Assembly (NCBI GenBank): GCA_946610645.1
Contig: CAMOCK010000045.1
Span: 1 to 42,620 of the forward strand
Source: an uncultured Bacteroidales bacterium
GTDB taxonomy: Bacteria; Bacteroidota; Bacteroidia; Bacteroidales; F082
DNA length: 42,620 nucleotides
Direction: 5' to 3'
Positions 8,510-16,937 of the stretch are shown one piece after another. A model generated the notes under the pieces. The model did not search any database. It was given only the letters and a program-made list of their open reading frames with translations, and was not told the DNA's origin. The stretch's first letter is position 1, and each line of letters begins with the position of its first letter. Both the position numbers and the translations under genes were made by a program.

Positions 8510-9441
8510 CAATGAAGACAATCAGTATTTTGGTGCCTTGCTATAATGAGGCAAAATCCTTGGCTCTTCTGTTTGACGAATTGAATCGTGTCATATCACA
8601 AATGGATATGTACAATTGGGAAGTTCTGTTTGTGAATGATGGTAGTCGAGACAATACGATGGAGGTGATACGTGACCTACGGAGAAAGGATTCCCGTGTG
8701 TCGTATGTGGATTTGAGCCGTAATTTTGGAAAAGAGAACGCCATGTTGGCCGGATTTGACTATGCCAAAGGTGACGCTGTGATTATCATGGATGCCGATT
8801 TACAGCATCCGCCGGCGGTGATACCCGACATGATTCAAAAATGGGAAGAAGGTTATGATGATGTTTATGCGCAACGCAAGGCAAGAGGCAAGGAATCTTG
8901 GCTTCGGAAAAAACTAACCAAATTGTATTATAAGATGTTGCAGGGCAGTTCGCGCATGGACGTGCTCCCCAATGTGGGAGATTTCCGACTGCTTGACAGG
9001 AAATGCGTAGATGCCTTGTGCCAGATGAGGGAATCGGGTCGCTATACGAAAGGTATGTACTGCTTTATAGGATTCAGGAAGATAGGTGTCGAGTTTGAGA
9101 CTCAAGATAGGGTTGCTGGCGAGTCGAGCATGAGTTATCGCAAACTGGCTAATCTTGCTTTGGAAGGAATAACTTCCTATACCACGGCACCATTGCGTTG
9201 GGCCACTTTTATTGGAATAGTTGTTTCTGTTACAGCTTTTGTCTATATGCTTTTTGTATTGATCAAGGCTTTGTTGTATGGGGATCCTGTCGCGGGTTAT
9301 CCTACCCTGCTTGTAATTATACTTTTCTTAGGAGGCATACAGTTGTTCACCATAGGAATCATAGGAGAATACCTAGGGAAGGTGTTCGTGGAAGCGAAAA
9401 ACAGACCTGTTTATTTTGTTAGGGAATATAACGAAAAATGA
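8506..9441 (+). CDS. GT2 polyprenyl-phosphate glycosyltransferase (GtrB/ArnC-like) with two C-terminal TM helices
   Basis: 311 aa. ISILVPCYNE, VNDGSRDNT, MDADLQHPP, then hydrophobic C-terminal helices and IGEYLG. This is the architecture of GtrB/ArnC/DPM1-type enzymes. Confidence 0.85.
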   Translation: MTMKTISILVPCYNEAKSLALLFDELNRVISQMDMYNWEVLFVNDGSRDNTMEVIRDLRRKDSRVSYVDLSRNFGKENAMLAGFDYAKGDAVIIMDADLQHPPAVIPDMIQKWEEGYDDVYAQRKARGKESWLRKKLTKLYYKMLQGSSRMDVLPNVGDFRLLDRKCVDALCQMRESGRYTKGMYCFIGFRKIGVEFETQDRVAGESSMSYRKLANLALEGITSYTTAPLRWATFIGIVVSVTAFVYMLFVLIKALLYGDPVAGYPTLLVIILFLGGIQLFTIGIIGEYLGKVFVEAKNRPVYFVREYNEK

Positions 9442-10703
9442 TTGTGTATATGGATGAGACTTTCAGATTTGTTGCATTGAAAAACTCGAGGATAGGGGCT
9501 CTCTTGTCAAGTTATAAGATGCCCATAATGTTGGTGTTATTGTTCATCCCTCAATTGGTGCAGATGGTGACGTTCTCATTAGGTGATATTACAAGCATAT
9601 ATCATAATTATTATTTCGTGGGTTATGAAACTGGGTTCGGTGGTCGCAAATTACTCGGAACGATTTTTGGCTGGTTTTTCTCAGGGTATGTAGGGCATGG
9701 GAAATTGTTACCGGTGATATGGGGGATAAATGCTGTTTTTATTGGACTACTTTGTTGGTTGTTTCAAGAGTGCAAAAGTGGTTTCAATGGGAAAGGGAAC
9801 TTCGCCATTGCGTTGATTGTTGTTGTGTGGATGGTGTCTCCGTTTTCGATTCTTCGTTATGTTAGGGATGGAATGAGCGTTCAATACATCGATATCTATA
9901 ATATGTCGTTGACATTGGTTTTTGTGTTGTTGTTTCTTTATCGTAGAGGAAGGGTTTCATATTATTTGTGTACATTGCTAATTGCTTTGGCAGGCATTCT
10001 GATACACCATGTTTTTCTTTTCCTGTTTTTCCCTTTGTTTTTATCCTTGTTTATTTATGATTGTTGGGATGGACACCGTGTCAATATAGTGAAATCGCTA
10101 TGGTATGGTGTCATTTTGTTGTTGGTTGTATTTGTGGTTGCTGCAATTTGGCGGTTTGGTCACATGAATATAGGATTAGATTCGCTCTATTCCAGCATTG
10201 TTGACCGGACTCCATCTGGTATTATCAAAAGAGATGGAGGATACGCATTGAACATTTTGTATTATGCTTCTCAAGAAGAAAATATAGCATCCAATGCGGA
10301 GATATTGCCGATAATGTATAGAATCCATTTGCCTGTTACAATTTTAGTGATGATACCAATGCTATTGCTTTTATGGGCTCCGTTTTTGTTGGCGATGAAT
10401 TCCTGTAGTGGTGGAGCGAGATGGCGCTATTTTTTTGTTTGGGCTTCATCTGCATTTGGCACATTGCCTGTTTTCTTCATTGCAATAGACTATGGACGTT
10501 GGCTTTATTCCTATTTCTTTGTTCAAGTGATACTGCTTATAGTGCTATCTCAGCTTAAAGATTCGGTTTTTGCTCGGGGGGTGGGCGTTTTTGGGAAATG
10601 GTTAAGAAATCATCCTTGTTTGGTGGCAATGATTATTATATATATGGCTTCTTTGGCTGCTTCTCATGTGTTTGGCCTTCCTATTGTGTCCAAGAACAAC
10701 TGA
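9438..10703 (+). CDS. Polytopic membrane protein (candidate GtrC-type acceptor-specific transferase or polymerase; unassigned)
   Basis: 421 aa, highly hydrophobic throughout. ATGA-coupled to the GtrB-like gene, which is the position of the serotype-specific transferase in gtrABC-type modules. Confidence 0.55.
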   Translation: MIVYMDETFRFVALKNSRIGALLSSYKMPIMLVLLFIPQLVQMVTFSLGDITSIYHNYYFVGYETGFGGRKLLGTIFGWFFSGYVGHGKLLPVIWGINAVFIGLLCWLFQECKSGFNGKGNFAIALIVVVWMVSPFSILRYVRDGMSVQYIDIYNMSLTLVFVLLFLYRRGRVSYYLCTLLIALAGILIHHVFLFLFFPLFLSLFIYDCWDGHRVNIVKSLWYGVILLLVVFVVAAIWRFGHMNIGLDSLYSSIVDRTPSGIIKRDGGYALNILYYASQEENIASNAEILPIMYRIHLPVTILVMIPMLLLLWAPFLLAMNSCSGGARWRYFFVWASSAFGTLPVFFIAIDYGRWLYSYFFVQVILLIVLSQLKDSVFARGVGVFGKWLRNHPCLVAMIIIYMASLAASHVFGLPIVSKNN

Positions 10704-10868
10704 TTTAGGATAACAGAATTGCCAGGAAACATGGTTCTCGCTTGCTAATCTTGTGGGTACATGGTGCCCAAAGAGGTTTTACTCGAAATTACAACTGGCA
10801 ATGGGAAAGAATGGGAAGTTAGAGATGTTGGATTTGGGAGTGAATTGTTGTAAAACCTATATTGCATC

Positions 10869-11492
10869 ATGAACATTACCGATAAAGTGTTGCGTTTCCT
10901 TTGCACTAAGCATTTCACCAGAAAAGGAATCAGGGTTTATAAGCCTTGTATGTATTATGTGCATCCCAAAGCCAATGTGAAGATTGATAATTACTTGAAT
11001 TTCAATAGGCAGTGGGATAGAAAAATGATTTGGAAAAACAAATTGTCAGGTTCCTTGTTTGTGTGTGAAAAGGCACGATTGGAGGTTGATGCTTTTGATG
11101 TGTATGCAGGAAGTCGGATTAATGTTAATGCAGGTGCCGAATTAGTGCTTGGTAGCGGATACATGAACCATGATTGCGTAATAGATTGTTTTTCATCTAT
11201 TCGGATAGGTCAAAATGTGGTTATTTCTGAGCGGGTGGTGATTAGGGATTCCGATAATCATTTCATCACATGGAGAGGAGGCAATTGTAATGAAGATAAA
11301 CCTATGTCCGCCCCAATCGTAATCGGTGATCATGTATGGATTGGAATGAATGTTATTGTTTTGAAAGGAGTAACAATTGACGAAGGCGCGGTGGTGTCAG
11401 CTGGCAGCGTGGTGACCAAGGATGTGCCGCCTCATAGTTTGGTGGCAGGTGTACCTGCAAAGGTAGTAAAAACAGATGTTGAATGGAACTAA
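10869..11492 (+). CDS. Hexapeptide-repeat O-acetyltransferase, paralog of 7410..8021
   Basis: 207 aa. DHVWIGMNVIVLKGVTIDEGAVVSAGSVVTKDVPPHSLVAGVPAKVVK. The N-terminal halves also align (LGSGYMN.DCVI.CFSSI.IG..V.ISERVV.RDSDNH). Confidence 0.85.
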   Translation: MNITDKVLRFLCTKHFTRKGIRVYKPCMYYVHPKANVKIDNYLNFNRQWDRKMIWKNKLSGSLFVCEKARLEVDAFDVYAGSRINVNAGAELVLGSGYMNHDCVIDCFSSIRIGQNVVISERVVIRDSDNHFITWRGGNCNEDKPMSAPIVIGDHVWIGMNVIVLKGVTIDEGAVVSAGSVVTKDVPPHSLVAGVPAKVVKTDVEWN

Positions 11493-12493
11493 GTAAACAA
11501 GACACGACCGCAATTAAGGGCATAGCTATCTGCTTGATGTTGTGGCATCATGTATTCCAAGATACAACGAACTATGGAGGTTTGGGTGTGCATCTTGGTG
11601 CCGTTGATTTGTTTTTGCTCCTTAGTGGATACGGTTTGGCAAAGCAATATGCCAACATAGACAAGCCATATCTAAAGAACACAGCCATGTTTTTAGTAAT
11701 ACGCTATCTAAAATTCTTTTTGTCATATTGGTTTTGTTTTGTAGTTGTGGTTTTGGTCGGAAACCTTGCAGGTTACACATTCCAAGATGCCTATCCAGCT
11801 TCGCTAAACGTAATGAAGTGCTTTCTGTTTGATATTTTGGGTTATTCAGGATGGAATTCCTATCTTAAGACATGGTGGTTCAATAAGATGATTCTTCAGT
11901 TGTATTTTGTTTTCCCGTTGTTGTACATGATTGCCAGAAACAAATTTACTGCGATTGTGGGGTTGCTGTTTGTGTTTTTTTTACATCTTAATGCAATGAA
12001 AATGCCGGGTAATGTGTTTTCCATTGTTGAAGGGGGCTTTCCCGCTTTCTATATAGGTATTGTTTTAGCTAAGCATCAGTTTTCTTTTAATGGAGAAAAA
12101 TGCCGTCGGTGGTGGCTCTTTGTTGCTTCTTTGTTGACGGTTGGCCTGCTTTATTATGTTGTATTAAATTGTGGTTTAAGTGTTTATGTATGTATTTTTG
12201 TAAGGGCATTGTTGGCTGTTTCGATAGTCGTGTCTTTTAGTTTATTTCCACTGAAAAAGAACAAAGTGTTTCCAATAATTGGCAAATATTCTACCATCAT
12301 TTATCTAACTCATGCGCTTTGGCTTAAATTGATGCCAAGTGTAATTTATGCCCCAAGATACCCAATCCTGATCTTCCTTTGGTTTCTGGCCTTGTCGTTG
12401 GCTGGAGCCGTACTCATCGGGTATTTGCAGAAATTGGTCCGTTACGACAAGTTGCAAGGTTTTGTTTTGGGTAAAGTGAACCGAATATTATGA
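11483..12493 (+). CDS. Acyltransferase family 3 (OafA/WecH-like) integral membrane O-acyltransferase
   Basis: 336 aa. N-terminal IKGIAICLMLWHHVF motif (AT3 catalytic His region) and about 10 hydrophobic spans. Confidence 0.75.
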   Translation: MELSKQDTTAIKGIAICLMLWHHVFQDTTNYGGLGVHLGAVDLFLLLSGYGLAKQYANIDKPYLKNTAMFLVIRYLKFFLSYWFCFVVVVLVGNLAGYTFQDAYPASLNVMKCFLFDILGYSGWNSYLKTWWFNKMILQLYFVFPLLYMIARNKFTAIVGLLFVFFLHLNAMKMPGNVFSIVEGGFPAFYIGIVLAKHQFSFNGEKCRRWWLFVASLLTVGLLYYVVLNCGLSVYVCIFVRALLAVSIVVSFSLFPLKKNKVFPIIGKYSTIIYLTHALWLKLMPSVIYAPRYPILIFLWFLALSLAGAVLIGYLQKLVRYDKLQGFVLGKVNRIL

Positions 12494-13323
12494 AGCTCCC
12501 CCAAGTATCCATATTGATGCCCGTCTATAACACGGCTCCATACCTCCGCGAGGCGATTGACAGTATGCTGTCGCAAACCTTCACGGATTTTGAGTTGATT
12601 GTGCTCAACGACTGCTCGCCCGACAACGCCGAGGAGATTCTGGACACCTACAACGACCCGCGCATCGTGCGCTATCGAGGCGAAAGGAACGTAGGGCTTG
12701 CCAATGTGCTGAACGTAGGCATCGAAATGGCATGCGGAAAATACATCGCCCGAATGGACAGCGACGACATCTCGCTGCCCAACCGCCTGAAAGTGCAGGT
12801 GGATTTCCTCGAAAAGCATCCCGACATCGACTTGGTTTCGGTGGCCATGCAACTGTTTGGCGCGAAAGAGGAGGTCTGGGTTCGCGAGCAGAACCCAGAG
12901 AAAGTGAAAATCAACGCCTTGTTCTATTCACCCGTGCTTCATGCCTCCAGTATGTGGCGCAAGGAGTCGTTTGAGAGGCACGGGTTGCGCTTCCGGCAGG
13001 ATATGGTGCCCGCCGAAGATTACGACCTTTGGACACGGGCATTGGTGCGAGGCCTCAAATTGGTCAATCTGCCCGATGTGCTTTACCGGTACCGTTTGCA
13101 TCCTAACCAAGCCACGCAGCAAAAGGAAAAAACCTTTGAGAAAGTCAGGATCGTGAGGCGCAACTATCTGAAAGCCACGCTGCCTTCCATCTCGGAGACA
13201 TCCATAGAAGCTTTTCCCAAAAAAGTTTGGCCAGTGTTTGCGGCCAACCTGCGGTCGGGATTCTTCGACAAGAAAATATTGGCCAAGCGGCTCTACAAAT
13301 ACAAAAAGGCTGGCTGGAGCTGA
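12490..13323 (+). CDS. Glycosyltransferase family 2
   Basis: 277 aa. VSILMPVYNTAPYLREAIDSMLSQTFTDFELIVLNDCSPDN, MDSDDIS (DxD). Confidence 0.9.
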   Translation: MKLPQVSILMPVYNTAPYLREAIDSMLSQTFTDFELIVLNDCSPDNAEEILDTYNDPRIVRYRGERNVGLANVLNVGIEMACGKYIARMDSDDISLPNRLKVQVDFLEKHPDIDLVSVAMQLFGAKEEVWVREQNPEKVKINALFYSPVLHASSMWRKESFERHGLRFRQDMVPAEDYDLWTRALVRGLKLVNLPDVLYRYRLHPNQATQQKEKTFEKVRIVRRNYLKATLPSISETSIEAFPKKVWPVFAANLRSGFFDKKILAKRLYKYKKAGWS

Positions 13324-13329
13324 GCAATC

Positions 13330-14232
13330 ATGCTGTTTTCCATCATAATACCTGTCTATAACGTCGAGAAATACCTTCGCGATTGCCTCGATAGTGTTCT
13401 CGGTCAGACCTTCGCCGATTGGGAAGCCATTTGCGTTGACGACGGCTCCAGCGACGGGTCGTCTGCCGTTTTGGAGGATTATGCGAAAAACGACAGGCGA
13501 ATAAAAGTGATAAGCCAAGAAAATGGCGGAACGGCCAAGGCCCGCAACACAGGGATGGAAGCTGCCCAGGGCGACTACATCTTCTTCCTCGACAGCGACG
13601 ACTGGATTGAGCGCAACGCATTGCAAAACATAGCGACCCGTTTGGACGGTCAGGATGTGCTTTGTTTCAGCGGAAGGCGCTATTTTGAGGATTCAAACGA
13701 CTATCATCCCGCCGACCAACTGCCCGAAAAGCGGTACGAAACAGGCATGACCTACTACAACGAGAATGCCTTGCTCGACCGCGATTTCGCTTTTGTGTGC
13801 GTGGTGCTGCGTGTCTATAAACGAGGTTTTTTGCTTGATAATCGGTTGTGTTTCGACGACGACGTGTCGTTTGAAGACAACCTTTGGGTGCCTATCGTCC
13901 TGTTCTATGCCACTTCCGTCACGGTTATCTCGGATGCGCTCTATGTTTACCGCGTGCGCGAAGGAAGCAAGATGCAAGGTTTCCCTTTTGAAAGGCGAAA
14001 GGATATGCTCAAGGTGGCCAACCGCCTTGCGGCGTTCTTCATGCAAAGCTATGGTTTGGACAAGACGGTGGCATACCGAGCCATCACGCACCATTACCAA
14101 GTGGTGTTTGTCGGTGCCTCGAGAGAAGAAAGGAACGAGTTGAAGAGGCTGTGCGACTGGGCAGCCTATAAAGCCGTGAGCCGCACGAAGTTGAGGCATA
14201 AGGTGAATTATTGGAAAAACAAGTTGGGATGA
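13330..14232 (+). CDS. Glycosyltransferase family 2
   Basis: 300 aa. FSIIIPVYNVEKYLRDCLDSVLGQTFADWEAICVDDGSSDGS, LDSDDW. Confidence 0.9.
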   Translation: MLFSIIIPVYNVEKYLRDCLDSVLGQTFADWEAICVDDGSSDGSSAVLEDYAKNDRRIKVISQENGGTAKARNTGMEAAQGDYIFFLDSDDWIERNALQNIATRLDGQDVLCFSGRRYFEDSNDYHPADQLPEKRYETGMTYYNENALLDRDFAFVCVVLRVYKRGFLLDNRLCFDDDVSFEDNLWVPIVLFYATSVTVISDALYVYRVREGSKMQGFPFERRKDMLKVANRLAAFFMQSYGLDKTVAYRAITHHYQVVFVGASREERNELKRLCDWAAYKAVSRTKLRHKVNYWKNKLG

Positions 14233-14244
14233 GGCAAAAAAACT

Positions 14245-14252
14245 TATTTTTG
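14245..14252 (+). promoter_or_regulatory. TAnnTTTG -7 box (TATTTTTG) upstream of the ATPase/nuclease gene
   Basis: Exact consensus match ending 20 nt before the ATG at 14273, inside the only 40-nt gap in this part of the operon. Confidence 0.4.
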
Positions 14253-14272
14253 CACATCGAAACAGGAAAACC

Positions 14273-15874
14273 ATGGAACGCTTTTTCAACACGGCAGGCC
14301 CGATAAAGACGGACTTGCACTATTACATCGACCCGCTGAAGCGGTTTGACTTGGAGGAGGTGTTGCTGCTCATCCGCCAGCAGAAGTATTTCGTGATGCA
14401 CGCGCCCCGTCAGACTGGCAAGACCTCGTGCATGCTCGCCTTGCGCAACTATCTGAACGCCCGCGACGAATACATAGCGGTCTATGCCAACGTAGAGGGC
14501 GGGCAGGCTGCGAGGAACGACGTGGGAAGCGTAGTGGCCACGGTTTGCTATACCATAGCACGGGAGACGAATGCCGTTACGGGCGACCAAACGGCTTCCG
14601 AAGTCTACGAAGCGGTTAAGGGCGAGGACACGAATTCTCGTCTAACGTCCTTTTTGGCGCGATTGTCCGAGACCCTGTCGAAGCCTGTCGTTTTAGTCAT
14701 CGACGAGATCGATGCCTTGGTGGGCGACAGCTTGGTGAGCGTGTTGCGCCAGATCCGATCCGGCTATGCCAACCGTCCTGCAGCGTTCCCGTTGTCCATC
14801 ATTTTGTGCGGTGTCCGCGACGTGCGCGACTACCGTATCGTGCTGTCGAACCAGGACATCGTTACGGGCGGCTCGGCGTTCAACATCAAGGCCGAGTCGC
14901 TGCGATTGGACAACCTGACGAAAGAGGAAATCCACGAATTGTACATGCAGCACACCGAGGCGACGGGCCAAGAGTTCGACGAGGCCTGCTTCCCGATGAT
15001 ATGGGATGCGACGGAAGGCCAGCCTTGGCTGGTGAACGCGTTGGGCTACGAGGTGACGATGAAGATGCGAGAGAACCGCGATCGCAGCATAAGGATCATC
15101 CCTGAGATGGTATACAAAGCGCAGGAGAACATCATCTACAGGAGGGAGACTCACATCGACATATTGATCGACAAGCTGAAGGAGGAACGCGTGCGTCGCG
15201 TGATAGGGCCGATATTGGCCAACGACACCGAGGTTGACGATGCCTTGTTCCCGCAAGACGACATGCAGTATGTGATCGACATGGGACTTATAAAACGTGA
15301 GTGCGGCAAGCCCATCCGCATCGCCAACGGCATCTACAGGGAAATCATCCCGCGAGAGTTGACGTGGACGACACAGGAGAGCCTGACTCAGCAACCGATA
15401 TGGTACCTCAACCCCGACAACAGCATTGACATGGAGAAACTGTTGCTCGACTTCCAACAGTTTTTCCGGCAGAACGCGGACGCGTGGATCGGTAAGTTCG
15501 ACTACAAGGAGAGCGGCCCGCAGCTGCTGTTGCAGGCGTTTTTGCAGAGGGTAGTGAACGGCGGCGGCTACATCGACAGGGAGTACGGCTTGGGCCGAGG
15601 CCGCACGGACCTTCTCATCCGCAAGCCTTTGACCGACCATTATGGCGGCCCGTTCCAGCGCATTGTGCTGGAGTTGAAGATCAGGCGCAACAGCCTTGAG
15701 AAGACCATCGAGGACGGGCTGCGCCAGACGTGGGAATACATGGACAGGGCGGGCTCGGTCGACGAGGGCCCCTTCATCATCTTCGACCGCACGCCCGGCA
15801 AGCCGTGGGACGAGAAGCTCTGGCACGAGGAGCGGGAATACAACGGACGGAAGATCGGGGTCTGGGGAATGTAA
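14273..15874 (+). CDS. AAA-ATPase-like protein with C-terminal PD-(D/E)XK nuclease-like domain (AAA-ATPase_like + PDDEXK_9 architecture)
   Basis: 533 aa. N-terminal FFNTAGPI...YYIDPL, Walker A APRQTGKTS, Walker B VLVIDEIDAL, C-terminal GRGRTDLLI...IVLELKIR (D...E.K). Confidence 0.75.
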   Translation: MERFFNTAGPIKTDLHYYIDPLKRFDLEEVLLLIRQQKYFVMHAPRQTGKTSCMLALRNYLNARDEYIAVYANVEGGQAARNDVGSVVATVCYTIARETNAVTGDQTASEVYEAVKGEDTNSRLTSFLARLSETLSKPVVLVIDEIDALVGDSLVSVLRQIRSGYANRPAAFPLSIILCGVRDVRDYRIVLSNQDIVTGGSAFNIKAESLRLDNLTKEEIHELYMQHTEATGQEFDEACFPMIWDATEGQPWLVNALGYEVTMKMRENRDRSIRIIPEMVYKAQENIIYRRETHIDILIDKLKEERVRRVIGPILANDTEVDDALFPQDDMQYVIDMGLIKRECGKPIRIANGIYREIIPRELTWTTQESLTQQPIWYLNPDNSIDMEKLLLDFQQFFRQNADAWIGKFDYKESGPQLLLQAFLQRVVNGGGYIDREYGLGRGRTDLLIRKPLTDHYGGPFQRIVLELKIRRNSLEKTIEDGLRQTWEYMDRAGSVDEGPFIIFDRTPGKPWDEKLWHEEREYNGRKIGVWGM

Positions 15875-15880
15875 ACCACA

Positions 15881-16840
15881 ATGAACAAACCACTTGAAAT
15901 GAAACTCTCCATCATCATTTGCACCTATAACAGGAAGCAGGAACTGGAACGCGCCCTCGATTGCGTGTTCGGCCAAAAGACGGATTTCACTTTTGAGGTC
16001 GTCGTGGGCAACGATTGCAGCACCGACGGCACCGACGAAGTGCTGAAGACTTACAAGGAAAAATACAATGAAAGGCTTGTCGTAAGCACTTTGGAGAAGA
16101 ACTGCGGCGTGGGCACCAACTGGGCCAAGGCCGTGATGCTGGCCCAAGGGGAATACCTCGCATTCTTGGACGACGACGACTATTGGACCGACGACCGCCG
16201 GATGCAAACCATGGTGGACTACCTCGATTCGCATCCCGACGTGAACTTGCTCTACACCAACGGCTTTGCCGAGAACGAGAAGGGCAAACGGAAGCCCATC
16301 GTCTATCCTGAAAACTATCCCGACCTCCATTTGATGTGGCAAGGGAAACAGAATTGCATCCAATTGAACATGATGATGGTGCGCAAAAGCCTTGTCGACG
16401 AATGTGTCAACTTGGAGGATTATGTGCGGTATCGCTTTCCCATCCAGGATTGGAACACCAACATCCTGCTGTTGCGCAAGGCCAAGTGTGCCTATTTGGA
16501 CATGCCGACTTGCGTCTTGGCATACACGTCGGGGGCTTTGTCGCGCCCCAAGTCGTATGAGCAGGTCAAGGAGAAATACGAGCGCGAGGCCGTCATGACG
16601 AAATATTTGGCCGATTGTTTCCCCGACGACCCGCTCATCAGCTTCAGCGAGGCCGACAGCGACCGATACATCAACCACATCCTGACCACGCTCGCCTACC
16701 GCCGCGGCGACTACAAGGAAGCCAAGCACTATTCGCGACTCGCAGGCGAAACAGCCCTGCGCGACAAGTGCACACGCACAAGGATCACGTTCCACCTCTT
16801 CAGGTTGGCAAAACGTCTGAGGTGGAGTGTGGCGGATTGA
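15881..16840 (+). CDS. Glycosyltransferase family 2
   Basis: 319 aa. LSIIICTYNRKQELERALDCVFGQKTDFTFEVVVGNDCSTDGT, LDDDDYW. Confidence 0.9.
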   Translation: MNKPLEMKLSIIICTYNRKQELERALDCVFGQKTDFTFEVVVGNDCSTDGTDEVLKTYKEKYNERLVVSTLEKNCGVGTNWAKAVMLAQGEYLAFLDDDDYWTDDRRMQTMVDYLDSHPDVNLLYTNGFAENEKGKRKPIVYPENYPDLHLMWQGKQNCIQLNMMMVRKSLVDECVNLEDYVRYRFPIQDWNTNILLLRKAKCAYLDMPTCVLAYTSGALSRPKSYEQVKEKYEREAVMTKYLADCFPDDPLISFSEADSDRYINHILTTLAYRRGDYKEAKHYSRLAGETALRDKCTRTRITFHLFRLAKRLRWSVAD

Positions 16841-16937
16841 TAGTTTGTCAGTTGTCGTATTCGGCATATAATTGGTATATGTATTGTACGCCGAGGCATC
16901 AACGATTGGATTGATAAAAACGAATAGAGTAAAACCA

